A stretch of 64,000 nt of DNA, taken from positions 160,001 to 224,000 of the forward strand of contig CAXXMR010000012.1 of the NCBI GenBank assembly GCA_963663805.2, read 5' to 3'. This stretch comes from Sedimentisphaerales bacterium. GTDB lineage: Bacteria; Planctomycetota; Phycisphaerae; Sedimentisphaerales; SM23-30. Positions 20,008-30,293 of this stretch are shown piece by piece (within the stretch, counting starts at the first letter, position 1; each line of letters opens with the position of its first letter). Made by a program: the position numbers and the translations under genes. The notes under the pieces are model-generated. The model ran no database searches. It was given only the letters and a program-made list of their open reading frames with translations, and had not been told where the DNA came from.

Positions 20008-21378
20008 ATGAAAACACCATTAATAATGAGCATATCGGGTGTCAGAGGCATCATCGGCGATTCGCTAAACCCTGACCAGGCAGTAAGTTTCGGACTTTCC
20101 TTCGGGACCTTCCTCAAGCAGACCCTCGGCCCGACCGCCCAGCCGCGTATCTGTATAGGCCGCGACAGTCGTCCTTCCGGCCCCATGATCTCCGCCGCCA
20201 TCTCCGCCGGCCTGATGGCCTGTGGATGCGCCCCCATCGAACTAGGAATTGTCACCACCCCCGGTGTCGCCCTCATGACCCGCCACTTGAAATGTAATGC
20301 CGGAATCGTCATTACCGCTTCACATAACCCTATTGAATACAACGGGATAAAGTTCTTACGCCATGACGGCATCGCCTTCCCCGCTGACCAGGTAAAGGCC
20401 TTACACAAGATTTATCATGAGAAATCTTACCAGGTTTCACCCTCCATCGGCTGTGCCACCGCTGAAAGTAATGACGAATCTCACGATGTTCATCTCGCTG
20501 CCGTACTCAAAATTTGTGATGCGCAACTTATTGCTGAAAAAAAGTTTAAGGTCGTTTTGGACAGCGTCAACGGGGCCGGCTGTATCGTTACGCCGCGATT
20601 GCTGGAGAAGCTCGGTTGTGAGCTGATTCACCTAAATGCCCAGCCCACAGGGATTTTCGCTCATACCCCCGAACCCACCGCCGAAAATCTAGCCGACTTA
20701 GGCCAAAGTATAACCCAGCATAATGCCCAGATTGGTTTCGCCCAGGACCCCGACGCCGACCGCCTGGCCCTGATCGATGAAAATGGTAAATATATCGGTG
20801 AAGAATATACCCTCGCTCTGGTCGCTAAGTATATATTTAGCAAACAGAAAGGTTCAGCCGCGGTGAATCTTTCCACCTCCCGTATGATAGATGATTTAGC
20901 TGCCGCCACCGGCAATACGGTGATTCGCACCCCGGTCGGGGAGGCCCACGTCGCAAATACAATGGTGGCAAACAATTGCATTATCGGTGGCGAAGGCAAC
21001 GGCGGTATCATTGACTTAAGGGTCGGCCCGGTCCGTGACAGTTTGGTAGGAATTGCCCTGGTGCTGCAATTGATGGCGGAAACCGGAAACACGCTGAGCG
21101 AGCTGGTAACGCAAATCCCTTCATACGCACTGGTTAAAACCAAATTCCCCTGCCCGGCAGACCAGGTTGCCCCAACCCTGGAAAAGGTAGTATCTCACTA
21201 TCAAAAAGCCAGCGACGACGCAAAAATCGACACCCGCGACGGAATCCGAGTCGATCTGCCCAACGCATGGCTCCAGCTCCGCGGCAGCAACACCGAACCC
21301 ATCATGAGAATCATGGCGGAATCGGCAGAACTCGCCCAGGCAGAAGAACTTATCAAACAAGTCCAGAGTTTGATCTGA
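20008..21378 (+). CDS. glmM: Phosphoglucosamine mutase / phosphohexomutase
   Basis: SISGVRG, GRDSR, TASHNP, DPDADR, GGEGNGG, RGSNTEP; substrate specificity not certain. Confidence 0.8.
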   Translation: MKTPLIMSISGVRGIIGDSLNPDQAVSFGLSFGTFLKQTLGPTAQPRICIGRDSRPSGPMISAAISAGLMACGCAPIELGIVTTPGVALMTRHLKCNAGIVITASHNPIEYNGIKFLRHDGIAFPADQVKALHKIYHEKSYQVSPSIGCATAESNDESHDVHLAAVLKICDAQLIAEKKFKVVLDSVNGAGCIVTPRLLEKLGCELIHLNAQPTGIFAHTPEPTAENLADLGQSITQHNAQIGFAQDPDADRLALIDENGKYIGEEYTLALVAKYIFSKQKGSAAVNLSTSRMIDDLAAATGNTVIRTPVGEAHVANTMVANNCIIGGEGNGGIIDLRVGPVRDSLVGIALVLQLMAETGNTLSELVTQIPSYALVKTKFPCPADQVAPTLEKVVSHYQKASDDAKIDTRDGIRVDLPNAWLQLRGSNTEPIMRIMAESAELAQAEELIKQVQSLI

Positions 21379-21412
21379 GTTTCTGAATATTTGGCAGTCG
21401 ATAAGTGAAAAC

Positions 21413-21443
21413 CTGCCCACTTGGCATATAATCGAGTGGGCAG
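21413..21443. promoter_or_regulatory. Inverted repeat upstream of the dnaK sigma54 promoter (candidate activator site or glmM terminator)
   Basis: CTGCCCACT-N13-AGTGGGCAG. Confidence 0.45.
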
Positions 21444-21505
21444 CTGCGGGGGAAATAGTCTCTAACTATCTATATATAATGGCGTTATCTTGTTGGCTGG
21501 CATTC

Positions 21506-21521
21506 TGGCACGCTGTTTGCA
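21506..21521 (+). promoter_or_regulatory. Sigma54 (-24/-12) promoter of dnaK
   Basis: TGGCACGCTGTTTGCA matches TGGCACG-N4-TTGCW with correct GG/GC spacing. Confidence 0.8.
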
Positions 21522-21576
21522 TAATATAAAATTGCAAGAACGGATACTATAGGTTTAGATACAGGAGCAACCAGCA

Positions 21577-23493
21577 ATGGGTAAAATTATTGGCATAGAT
21601 TTAGGAACGACCAACTCGGTGGTAGCGGTTTTGGAAGGCAGTGCCCCCAAAGTGTTAATTAACGCTCAGGGTTCCCGCCTAACACCTTCGGTGGTCGGTT
21701 TTACGGATAAGGGTGAACGTCTGGTCGGCCAAGTGGCCCGCCATCAGCAGGTTACGAACCCGACGAATACGGTTTTCTCGATTAAGCGGTTCATGGGCCG
21801 TCGCCATAAAGAGGTGTCATCGGAAGAAAAGCTGGTGCCCTATAAGATTACGGGCGGGCCGGACGAACTGGTGAAGGTTGAGGTTCGGGGCAAGGAATAC
21901 ACTCCGCCAGAAGTCTCGGCGATTGTTTTGCGTGATTTGAAAAAGACCGCTGAGGATTATCTGGGCGAAACCGTCGACCGGGCAGTAATTACGGTTCCGG
22001 CGTATTTTAATGACGCCCAGCGTCAGGCCACCAAAGATGCCGGTAAAATCGCGGGTCTACAGGTGGACCGTATAATCAATGAACCGACGGCAGCAGCCTT
22101 GGCCTATGGTCTGGAAAAGCAGGCCAATGAAAAAATCGTGGTGTTCGATTTCGGCGGCGGTACTTTCGACATTTCCATTCTCGATATCGGCGATAATGTC
22201 GTCGAAGTGTTGAGTACCAATGGTGATACGCACCTGGGTGGCGATGACCTTGACGAGAAACTTATCAAGTACATTGCTGACGAGTTCAAAAAACAGGAAG
22301 GCATTGACCTGCGCAACGACCCGATGGCTTTGCAGCGTCTGAAAGAAGCGTCTGAAAAGGCCAAGTGTGAACTGAGTACTTCGGTTGAAGCTACTATCAA
22401 CCTGCCGTTTATTACGGCTGACCAGAGCGGGCCTAAGCATTTGCAGATAACGGTTAATCGCAGTACGTTTGAGCAGTTGATTGCTGATGAGTTGCAGCGT
22501 TTGCGTATTCCGTGTGAAAAAGCATTGGCGGATGCCAAGTTGAATCTTTCGGATATCGCGGAAGTTGTGCTGGTGGGTGGTTCGACGCGTATTCCGCGAG
22601 TTCAGCAGTTAGCCAAGGATATTTTTGGTCGGGAGCCCAACAAGAGCATCAATCCTGACGAGGTAGTGGCTTGTGGCGCGGCTATTCAGGGCGGGGTGCT
22701 TTCCGGCGACGCGAAAGATATGGATATTCTGCTGCTGGATGTTACGCCGTTGTCGCTGGGTGTCGAAACGCTGGGCGGGGTAATGACCAAGTTGATTGAG
22801 CGGAACACAACTATCCCAACTTCCAAGACAGAAGTTTTCAGCACAGCGGCTGACAGTCAGCCGACGGTTGATATTCATGTATTGCAGGGCGAGCGCGAGT
22901 TTGCCAAGGATAATCGTACTTTAGGTCGGTTCCAGCTTACCGGTATCGCACCGGCTCCACGCGGCATACCTCAAATTGAAGTTAGTTTTGATATTGACGC
23001 TGATGGTATAATTCATGTCAGCGCCAAAGACAAGGCCACTGACCAGAAGCAGTCGATCGAGATTAAAGGTTCTTCCGGTCTCGATGAAGCTGAGATAAAC
23101 AAGATGACCAAGGACGCCGAAGAACACGCCGAAGAAGACAAACGTCGTCGTGAGCTGATTGATTTGAAGAATCAGGCTGACCAGGCGGCTTATTCGGTGG
23201 AACAAACGCTCAAAGAGCATGGCGATAAGATTCCGGCTGAGGAACGCAGCAATGTGGAGTCGGCGGTGAATTCTTTGCGTGAAACCTGCAAGGGTGACGA
23301 TACCGAAGCTATCAAGCGTTCGATGGAAAATCTCTCGCAGACCAGCCAGACCATCGGCAAGATAATGTATGAGCAGGCGGCCAAACAGCAGGCAGCGGCA
23401 GGCGGTGGTCAGGCGGCAGGCGGTGAAGCACCCGCCCCGGAAGCCAAAAAAGACGACGACGTGATTGATGCGGAGTTTGAAGTTAAAGATTAG
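21577..23493 (+). CDS. dnaK: Chaperone DnaK
   Basis: [34 protein letters not shown]-terminal VIDAEF. Confidence 0.98.
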   Translation: MGKIIGIDLGTTNSVVAVLEGSAPKVLINAQGSRLTPSVVGFTDKGERLVGQVARHQQVTNPTNTVFSIKRFMGRRHKEVSSEEKLVPYKITGGPDELVKVEVRGKEYTPPEVSAIVLRDLKKTAEDYLGETVDRAVITVPAYFNDAQRQATKDAGKIAGLQVDRIINEPTAAALAYGLEKQANEKIVVFDFGGGTFDISILDIGDNVVEVLSTNGDTHLGGDDLDEKLIKYIADEFKKQEGIDLRNDPMALQRLKEASEKAKCELSTSVEATINLPFITADQSGPKHLQITVNRSTFEQLIADELQRLRIPCEKALADAKLNLSDIAEVVLVGGSTRIPRVQQLAKDIFGREPNKSINPDEVVACGAAIQGGVLSGDAKDMDILLLDVTPLSLGVETLGGVMTKLIERNTTIPTSKTEVFSTAADSQPTVDIHVLQGEREFAKDNRTLGRFQLTGIAPAPRGIPQIEVSFDIDADGIIHVSAKDKATDQKQSIEIKGSSGLDEAEINKMTKDAEEHAEEDKRRRELIDLKNQADQAAYSVEQTLKEHGDKIPAEERSNVESAVNSLRETCKGDDTEAIKRSMENLSQTSQTIGKIMYEQAAKQQAAAGGGQAAGGEAPAPEAKKDDDVIDAEFEVKD

Positions 23494-23496
23494 ATA

Positions 23497-23598
23497 GCAG
23501 GCATGAGGCATGAGTGGTAACGGCTAGGTTTCGACCGGCGGTCGAGATTGTTTAATTTTTAACGTCAACGGTACTGCTTACTTACGAGCGTTTTGCTC
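23497..23598 (-). repeat. REP-like composite repeat, reverse orientation
   Basis: Reverse complement reads GTAAGTAAGCAG..CCGTTGACGTTAAA..CTCGACC-GCC-GGTCGAAACC..GCCGTTACC..CATGCCTCATGCCT, the same module order as 59704-59818. Confidence 0.82.
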
Positions 23599-23609
23599 AA
23601 ATGGTTGAT

Positions 23610-23660
23610 GGTGGCATAAGTAGCGAAGACCAGCCCCTTGCTACGCAAGAAGTTGCCACC
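23610..23660. repeat. Second palindromic element type
   Basis: GGTGGCA...GTAGCGAAG...CTTGCTAC...TGCCACC nested inverted repeat. Confidence 0.5.
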
Positions 23661-23697
23661 CGAATGGTGTTTTTACGTAAATAAGGGTTTGGATTTT

Positions 23698-23725
23698 CGA
23701 GCAGGACGCTTACGCGGCTCGGTTT
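23698..23725 (-). repeat. REP-like short hairpin copy, reverse orientation
   Basis: Reverse complement CCGA-GCCGC-GTAA-GCGTC. Confidence 0.72.
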
Positions 23726-23729
23726 TTGT

Positions 23730-23808
23730 TTGAGCAACAGGGGTTATGGGATTAATATAGCGGGTACCGGCCTGGAGCGTTTGAGGCTCCGGGCTGGTAC
23801 TTTATTTT
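23730..23808 (+). promoter_or_regulatory. Putative promoter and leader hairpin of rsfS-argS
   Basis: TTGAGC-N17-TAATAT, then a 15-bp stem at 23764-23800 followed by TTTATTTT. Confidence 0.5.
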
Positions 23809-23822
23809 ATTGGAGTTAAATC

Positions 23823-24206
23823 GTGAGTGAAAAAGAAAAAAAAGAGCGTCGTCCTCTGGATGTCAGTCGGGCGTTTGCCGTTGAGGTTGCTAGGCTGGCT
23901 GATGACCGGCATTTAACCAATATCGTAGTGCTGGAGTTGGCGGACACTTCGCCGGTAGCGCGGCATTTCGTTATTGCCACCGGTGCCAGTGACCAGCAGT
24001 TGCGTTCGGTGGCGAAGCAGATTGTGGACCTGGGCAAGGAACATGGTTTCCCCACTTTCGGTAACGCCGGCTTGCAGCAGGGCAAGTGGGCGGTGGTGGA
24101 TTTAGTGGATGTGGTGGTGCATCTGTTCGATGAGGAGTATCGGGAGTTTTATGACCTGGAATTGTTGTGGGGTGATGTGCCGCGGGTTGAATGGCAGCGG
24201 GATTGA
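23823..24206 (+). CDS. rsfS: Ribosome silencing factor RsfS (Iojap)
   Basis: HFVIATGASDQQL, WAVVDLVDVVVHLF, REFYDLELLWGD. Confidence 0.93.
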   Translation: MSEKEKKERRPLDVSRAFAVEVARLADDRHLTNIVVLELADTSPVARHFVIATGASDQQLRSVAKQIVDLGKEHGFPTFGNAGLQQGKWAVVDLVDVVVHLFDEEYREFYDLELLWGDVPRVEWQRD

Positions 24207-24210
24207 CGGC

Positions 24211-24262
24211 AACGGATTTTTAGCCGCGGATTACACGGATTTCGCGGATTATTAACGGCAAC
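24211..24262 (-). repeat. 9-mer (AATCCGYGN) tail module, reverse orientation
   Basis: Reverse complement GCCGTTAATAATCCGCGAAATCCGTGTAATCCGCGGCTAAA matches 62876-62917. Confidence 0.82.
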
Positions 24263-24284
24263 AGCGAAATTTTTGGGTTGAAAT

Positions 24285-26039
24285 ATGAAGCCTATAGTTG
24301 AGATTCTGGAAGAGCGGATTGGGGCAGTGTTGTCAGAGGTTGCAGGTCAGGCTTCGCCGGCGGTGGTTCGGCCTTCGCAGAATCTTCAGTTTGGCGACTA
24401 TCAGGCAAACGGGGTGATGGGGTTGGCAAAGAAACTGCAGATGAATCCGCGGCAGTTGGCGATTGATGTTGTCGCTAAGCTGGATTTGTCGGATATTTGT
24501 GAGGGGCCGGAGGTGGCGGGGCCGGGCTTTATCAATTTGCGTTTGCGGGGCGCTTGGCTTAATGCCCGGCTGAGTGAGGCGATAGCGGATAGGGAGCGGC
24601 TGGGGGTTGACAGGGCAAATAGGGCGGGGACTATTGTGATAGATTTTTCCGGACCGAACCTGGCGAAGGAGATGCATGTCGGGCATTTACGTTCGACGAT
24701 AATAGGGGACGTACTGGCTCGGGTTCTGGAGTTTGGCCTGGGAGTGGAAGGCAATGTTGTACGTCAGAATCATGTGGGGGACTGGGGTTTGCAGTTTGGA
24801 ATGCTGGTAGCGCATTTACGTGATACTAACCCTGACGCGGTGGCGGAAGGTTTGCAGGTGGCGGACCTGGAGCAGTTTTATAAGCAGGCCAAGCAGAAGT
24901 TTGATTCGGACGAGGATTTCAAAAAGCGGGCCTATGAAGCTACGGTTAAACTGCATGAGCATGATGAGGAGACACTGCGGGCATGGCGGTGCGTGGTGGA
25001 TGAATCGCGGCGTCATTGTCAGACGATATATGACCAGTTGAATGTGCGGCTGAATCAGGCAAACGAAAAAGGCGAGAGCACCTATAGCAAAGTGCTGGGG
25101 GATGTGGTGGGGGATTTGGAAAAGGCGGGCTATCTCAAAGAGTCTGACGGGGCGGGTTGTGTATTTCTGGACGGGTTCAAGAGCAAGGAAGGTGAGCCGC
25201 TGCCTTTGATTGTGCGGAAGTCGGACGGAGCGTATCTGTACGCAACGACGGATTTGGCGGCGTTACGGTATCGAGTAGGGACACTCAAGGCAAGTCGGAT
25301 AGTTTATGTTACCGACGCGCGGCAGAAGCTGCATTTCGAAATGGTTTTCGCTTGTGCGCGACAGGCGGGTTGGGCGAGTGGCGACGTGCGGCTGGAGCAT
25401 GTACCGTTTGGTTCGGTGCTGGGCGAGGATAACAAGCCATTTAAGACGCGGTCGGGTGAGAATATCAAGTTGAAGTCGCTGCTGGACGAAGCTCAGGAAC
25501 GGGCCCGGGCGGTGGTGGAGCAGAAAAATCCGGAACTGGCGGAGGAGCAGAAAGACGGAATTGCCCGGGCGGTGGGTATCGGTGCGGTGAAATACGCCGA
25601 CCTGTCGAACAATCTGGTCAGTGATTATGTTTTCAACTGGGATAAGATGCTGGCGTTGGAGGGCAACACGGCTCCTTATATGCAGTATGCTTACGCGCGG
25701 GTACAGAGTATTTTCCGTAAAGGCGAGGTTGCCGAGGCGGAACTGGAAAACAGTCTCGACAAGCTGGAATTGGCTGAGGCAGAGGAGCTGACCTTGGCGA
25801 AGGCTTTACTTCGTTATGGCGAAGTGCTGGAGATGGTGGCTCGTGATTTGCGTCCCCATTTATTGACCAGCTATCTGTTTGATCTGACTCAGGCGTTTAG
25901 CGGTTTTTATACGAATTGCCCGGTACTCAAAGCTGCTGAGCCGGTGCGGACTTCGCGGCTGCTGCTGTGCCTGCATACCGCCCGAACGATTCGGCATGGT
26001 CTTAATTTACTGGGTATCGAGACCATCGACCAGATGTAG
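24285..26039 (+). CDS. argS: Arginine--tRNA ligase
   Basis: FGDYQAN, GPGFIN, HVGHLRSTIIG, GDWGLQFG, FKTRSG, GNTAPYMQYAYAR. Confidence 0.97.
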   Translation: MKPIVEILEERIGAVLSEVAGQASPAVVRPSQNLQFGDYQANGVMGLAKKLQMNPRQLAIDVVAKLDLSDICEGPEVAGPGFINLRLRGAWLNARLSEAIADRERLGVDRANRAGTIVIDFSGPNLAKEMHVGHLRSTIIGDVLARVLEFGLGVEGNVVRQNHVGDWGLQFGMLVAHLRDTNPDAVAEGLQVADLEQFYKQAKQKFDSDEDFKKRAYEATVKLHEHDEETLRAWRCVVDESRRHCQTIYDQLNVRLNQANEKGESTYSKVLGDVVGDLEKAGYLKESDGAGCVFLDGFKSKEGEPLPLIVRKSDGAYLYATTDLAALRYRVGTLKASRIVYVTDARQKLHFEMVFACARQAGWASGDVRLEHVPFGSVLGEDNKPFKTRSGENIKLKSLLDEAQERARAVVEQKNPELAEEQKDGIARAVGIGAVKYADLSNNLVSDYVFNWDKMLALEGNTAPYMQYAYARVQSIFRKGEVAEAELENSLDKLELAEAEELTLAKALLRYGEVLEMVARDLRPHLLTSYLFDLTQAFSGFYTNCPVLKAAEPVRTSRLLLCLHTARTIRHGLNLLGIETIDQM

Positions 26040-26049
26040 TCTGGGTGCG

Positions 26050-27573
26050 TTATTTTACGGTAAATCCATTCTGGTAGATTTTACCGCTACCTTCGGGGTC
26101 GATGGCCAGTTGGTATTTGTAATCACCGGCCCGTTTCATCTGGAAACTCCACGCTGTTTGCGGGACCACACAGGTAGTCTCGCTCCCGGCGGCGACTTCG
26201 CAGGGCAAGGGGCCAAAATAGGCTTGTTCCTGATTAATCATGAGAATCACCATGCAGGCACCGGCGGGCACATCGACATCGCCGCTGTTTTTGACGGTAA
26301 AACCGAGCTGGGCTTTTTCGCCGGCTTTGATTACTTCCGGTTTGAAATGGACAGCGGTACATTCGAGCTGAAATTTTTTGCGGTCGATGACGAGGCTCTT
26401 GCCTGAGGTAAGCAGGGTGAGTTCTTCGGTCAGCTGGCTGCGCATGTTTTGGGGGACACCGACGTGTATGGACTGGACGATTCCGTCTTTGCCAATAATT
26501 ACGGTTTGAGGAATTCCGCTTACCTGATATTTCGGTGCGGCTCCTTTGTCCAGGGCTACGTTGACATTGAGTTTGGCCTGATTTAGATATTGCTTGACGG
26601 TATCTTTATTTTCATTCTGATTTAGGGCATAGAAGACCACCGATTTATCTTTGAAGCTGCTGGTTACCTGTTCGATAATCGGCAGGGCTTGTCGGCAGGG
26701 TCCGCACCAGGTCGCCCAAAAATCCAGAACCACAATATCTTTTTTGAAATGGCTGGAAAGCAGTTTGCTCGGCCCTTCGATTAGCTCCAGAGTGAAATCT
26801 GGTGCGGTTTTGCCGACTAACGGATGCTGCTCACTTGCTCCGCCGAATCGATAGACTTTTTCGGCAAAGGTCGGTGGAGTATATTGAAAATCTTTCTCAT
26901 TTGCATCCCGCCGATTGCCAAACAGCCATTGAGCTTTCAGGGCAGCCTGAGCGGCCGGCGAGTTGGTCTCAATCGCGATTTTTTTCAGAACTACCGGCTC
27001 ATCAACAGTAACATAAAAATCCCATTGCAGTCCCTGTTGAATGAGCAAAAGTTTGTGGCAATTTTTGTCAGCAATTTTTTCGGTGCCGATGTATTGGGTC
27101 TCGATAATGTTCTGGGTCAGGGTGGTGTAGGGGTTCTGGGAAATAAGTACTTCTATAAAGGGTAATGCCTGGCGGGCCATGCTGCCGGCTTCCATACCGG
27201 GCAGGAAAAGGCCGGGCAAATTCATCGGGGCTGAGCGGATGAGATATTGGCCCAGGTGGGGCATGAATATCAGCAGGTCTTGCCCGTCGCAGATGATGGC
27301 AGGAGTGATGCCGGTTGTGCGAGGACGCAGTGCGAGCTTGTTGGGCAGGGAGGCAGCGACGGTGAATTTTTCGGTGATGGTCTGACTAAACAGATTCTGC
27401 CTTACAATCATAGTAGATTCAACATCTACCACAAAGCCGGATTGTGCGGACAGCGAATCGGCGAATTTACGCAGGATAATTTCGGGGTCGGGTTTGTCTT
27501 CCTGGGCCTGGAGGCTGGGCAGGACGAAATTCAGGGTTGCCAGGCAAATCAGTAAGGCGCGAAATAAATTCAT
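26050..27573 (-). CDS. Exported DUF2092/LolA-like plus TlpA redoxin protein with Ig-like C-terminal domain
   Basis: Signal peptide; PNKLALR...CDG; LDFWATWCGPC; GIPQTVII. Confidence 0.8.
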   Translation of the reverse strand: MNLFRALLICLATLNFVLPSLQAQEDKPDPEIILRKFADSLSAQSGFVVDVESTMIVRQNLFSQTITEKFTVAASLPNKLALRPRTTGITPAIICDGQDLLIFMPHLGQYLIRSAPMNLPGLFLPGMEAGSMARQALPFIEVLISQNPYTTLTQNIIETQYIGTEKIADKNCHKLLLIQQGLQWDFYVTVDEPVVLKKIAIETNSPAAQAALKAQWLFGNRRDANEKDFQYTPPTFAEKVYRFGGASEQHPLVGKTAPDFTLELIEGPSKLLSSHFKKDIVVLDFWATWCGPCRQALPIIEQVTSSFKDKSVVFYALNQNENKDTVKQYLNQAKLNVNVALDKGAAPKYQVSGIPQTVIIGKDGIVQSIHVGVPQNMRSQLTEELTLLTSGKSLVIDRKKFQLECTAVHFKPEVIKAGEKAQLGFTVKNSGDVDVPAGACMVILMINQEQAYFGPLPCEVAAGSETTCVVPQTAWSFQMKRAGDYKYQLAIDPEGSGKIYQNGFTVK

Positions 27574-27732
27574 ATTTTTCTCCGAGTAAGGGCAGCTCCT
27601 GGGCATACCATATTAACTATTATCGTTCATTTGACCAACAGGCTGTACCTTTAAAAGCATAGTATCTGAATCGGATATATTGGACAAGATAATGATTATT
27701 CCCAGTAATATAAGCGTAATTTAGGTGGCTGG

Positions 27733-27761
27733 TTGACAGAGTGGCGATGTTTTGTTAGTTT
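27733..27761 (+). promoter_or_regulatory. Putative sigma70 promoter
   Basis: TTGACA-N17-TAGTTT with an extended TG. Confidence 0.5.
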
Positions 27762-27845
27762 AGCGACAGAGTTTCAGGGATGAAACGCCCGGGACAGGCT
27801 GCCTGGGCCTCTGGAGTTTGGTTACACCCATAAAGGAAAAAGTTT

Positions 27846-28190
27846 ATGGCAATCCAGGACTGGTCAGAAAATATCGTTGTGGCAGACCTTGCCGGCGACC
27901 CGGATTTTACCGATGAGATAAACACCCTTACCGAGCGGATGGAAAATGATGCTCGTGAGGTGCTGTTGAATTTTGCTCATGTCAAATTTCTTAATTCGTC
28001 TAACCTTTCTCGGCTGCTGAAGTTGCGCAAAGTCGTGCTCGACGCCGACCGTCGCATGATTCTTTGTGAGATTCCGATTCAGGTTTGGGGCGTGTTTTTG
28101 CTGACGGGGCTTGATGCGCTTTTTGATGTTGCTGAAGATACCGCTTCGGGGCTGGCGGCATTGCAGATTTCTAACAATTCCGGTAAGTAG
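27846..28190 (+). CDS. STAS domain anti-sigma factor antagonist
   Basis: LLNFAHVKFLNSSNL, VFLLTGLD. Confidence 0.88.
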   Translation: MAIQDWSENIVVADLAGDPDFTDEINTLTERMENDAREVLLNFAHVKFLNSSNLSRLLKLRKVVLDADRRMILCEIPIQVWGVFLLTGLDALFDVAEDTASGLAALQISNNSGK

Positions 28191-28326
28191 CTAAAAAACA
28201 ACCCGGCCACGATGCCGGGTTGCGTCACGCAAGGGGGGCGAGCCGCGATACGGCCATTGCGTGACTTCGCATACCAGGCTGCTCCACCAGCCGGATATAC
28301 TGTTTATCGTTCTACTATTATTATAG

Positions 28327-29250
28327 GTGTCCAAAAATAAGCGTCCACCGGGTCGGTCAAAAAAAGTGTCAGAAAACTCTCAGCATCAGCAGGAAAATCT
28401 GGAAGGTTTTCGCAGTCATCCGCGTCATTACCAGGGGCGGCAACTGGTATATCCAGTGCTTACCCGGCGCGGCGGAGGGATTAGTGTTGGCGTAAACCTC
28501 AGTCCCGAAAAGGTTTGTAACTTCAACTGTGTTTATTGCCAGGTCGATCGGGATGATTGCGGTGATGGGCCGGTGAGTTTTTCGCTGAAGGTGCTGGACT
28601 CTGAGCTGCGTGAGACTATCGGGCAAATCAAGAGTGGGCAGATATATCAGTTTCAGCCGTTTTGTGGTGCGTCTGAAGAGCTGCGTCGTTTCAATGATAT
28701 TGCCCTGAGCGGCGACGGCGAGCCTGCGGCATCGGAGCATTTTTCGGAGAGTTGCCGTTTAATTGCCAGGCTAAAGGGCGAGTTGGCTTTGCCGGGGGTG
28801 AAAATTGTTCTGATTACCAATGCGAGTTGTTTGCATCTGGAGCGGGTGCGTGAGGGTTTGGAAATTTTGCGTCAGAATCAGGGGCAGATATGGGCCAAGC
28901 TCGATGCCGGTACGGAAGATTATTATCGAGAGGTAAATAACAGTGACGTGCCCTTCAAACGTATTCTGGAAAATCTTCTGCTGACCGCCCGCAAGCAGGA
29001 AATTGTAATTCAAACATTGTTTATGAATATAGATGGTCAATCGCCCACGTATGCCGAAATCGAAGCGTATGTTGAACGCTTGCGCGAGATACTCGATGGG
29101 GGCGGGAGAATTGCCGGTATCCAACTGCATACTATCGCCCGGCCGCCGCGTCTGGCAAAGGTTTCGATGCTCAGGGCTGAGCAGCTTGACGATATTGCCG
29201 ACCAAATCAGAAAAGCGGTTGATTTGCCGCTTGGGGTATATTACGGCTAG
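28327..29250 (+). CDS. Radical SAM protein
   Basis: CNFNCVYC, SGDGEP, ITNAS, KLDAG. Confidence 0.9.
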   Translation: MSKNKRPPGRSKKVSENSQHQQENLEGFRSHPRHYQGRQLVYPVLTRRGGGISVGVNLSPEKVCNFNCVYCQVDRDDCGDGPVSFSLKVLDSELRETIGQIKSGQIYQFQPFCGASEELRRFNDIALSGDGEPAASEHFSESCRLIARLKGELALPGVKIVLITNASCLHLERVREGLEILRQNQGQIWAKLDAGTEDYYREVNNSDVPFKRILENLLLTARKQEIVIQTLFMNIDGQSPTYAEIEAYVERLREILDGGGRIAGIQLHTIARPPRLAKVSMLRAEQLDDIADQIRKAVDLPLGVYYG

Positions 29251-29508
29251 TTTTTCAGTACTGATAAACGTGATTCTTAACACGAAACCGGGGGACACCG
29301 TAGAGGGGAATTATTTCAAATCAACAGTGTTCGGTTTGCGTGTAAAAAAACTTGAAAAAACTTTGCGAAATCCCTTGATAAATTGAAGTTATCGCTTGTG
29401 GTCTACCGATTTATGATTATAATCACCAATGTGTGGCCGCTTGAGACTAGAGATAATCGTAAATTGGCAAGGTCACTAATGTCGGCCCCAGAGTTCAGGG
29501 AATCAGTT

Positions 29509-30033
29509 ATGGTCAGTCAAGGAAGATTGGCAAAAGTAATGCTTTCGCTTATGGCAGCGATGACGGCAGGGGCTCTGGTCTTGTTGATGCTCGAAGGCAA
29601 GCCTATCAGACCGATGGCTTTTAGCCTCACCAGTCAGACTCAACTGCGTTCAGTCAACATGGTACTCGGCACCGAAGCCGGTATCGAACTGGGCCGCTGG
29701 AAGCGCATTGAAGTTTCTTACAGCAACAGTGCCGGCCTGCTCAGCGAGCGGGGGTTGATTGGTCCGCTGTCCAGCCAGGTTCATTTTGTCATTTCCGATG
29801 GTTCTGTCGGCAGAGACGGCGAGATTTTCGCTTCCCGCTGCTGGATCGAACAACGCAGCTGTCTGGGGCTGCCCGAGGGCGGAGATTCCGCCCGGACTAT
29901 CAGAATTTGTCTGATTGGCGACCGGTCCTCACGTCGGGCGACTACCAGCCAGCACCATCAGTTGGAAGTGCTGGTCACCAGTTTGGTCAAACACTGCCAA
30001 ATCGAGCCCAATATCGACTGGAAAACCCCCTGA
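29509..30033 (+). CDS. Membrane-anchored degenerate Amidase_2/PGRP-like protein
   Basis: TM anchor; WKRIEVSYS, HFVISDG..GRDGEI, W.EQ, IRICLIGD, TTSQ..QL..LV..L; AGGGA before ATG 29509. Confidence 0.6.
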   Translation: MVSQGRLAKVMLSLMAAMTAGALVLLMLEGKPIRPMAFSLTSQTQLRSVNMVLGTEAGIELGRWKRIEVSYSNSAGLLSERGLIGPLSSQVHFVISDGSVGRDGEIFASRCWIEQRSCLGLPEGGDSARTIRICLIGDRSSRRATTSQHHQLEVLVTSLVKHCQIEPNIDWKTP

Positions 30034-30264
30034 GCTGACTATTACTGGAAATTCTGAACAATACCAGACGAAAAAAATTGGAACGACAAAGGTGTTGTAT
30101 TCCGCCTTTGGCGTTTTTTTATTTGGCGTCGGGGTATTTGGAGCTGGCGGGGCAGTCCGATAATTGTTTTGTTTGGGTGAAATTTTTCGCTTTTCATACC
30201 AGGATTCCTCGGTATTATTGCCTCCTTAAAATAATGTATGTTTTACAATGAATTACAATTTGAC

Positions 30265-30293
30265 TTGTCAACTAAGTGGACATGGCGTACAAT
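30265..30293 (+). promoter_or_regulatory. Putative sigma70 promoter of the kinase operon
   Basis: TTGTCA-N17-TACAAT. Confidence 0.6.

Noticed and set aside
21400..21600. oriC at the C-to-G skew switch
   Set aside because: No DnaA boxes here, and the skew reverts within about 10-15 kb.
28199..28266. tRNA or riboswitch after the STAS gene
   Set aside because: Two hairpins (AACCCGGC/GCCGGGTT and GTCACGCAA/TTGCGTGAC) but no cloverleaf, T-loop or known aptamer; probably terminator or REP-like.
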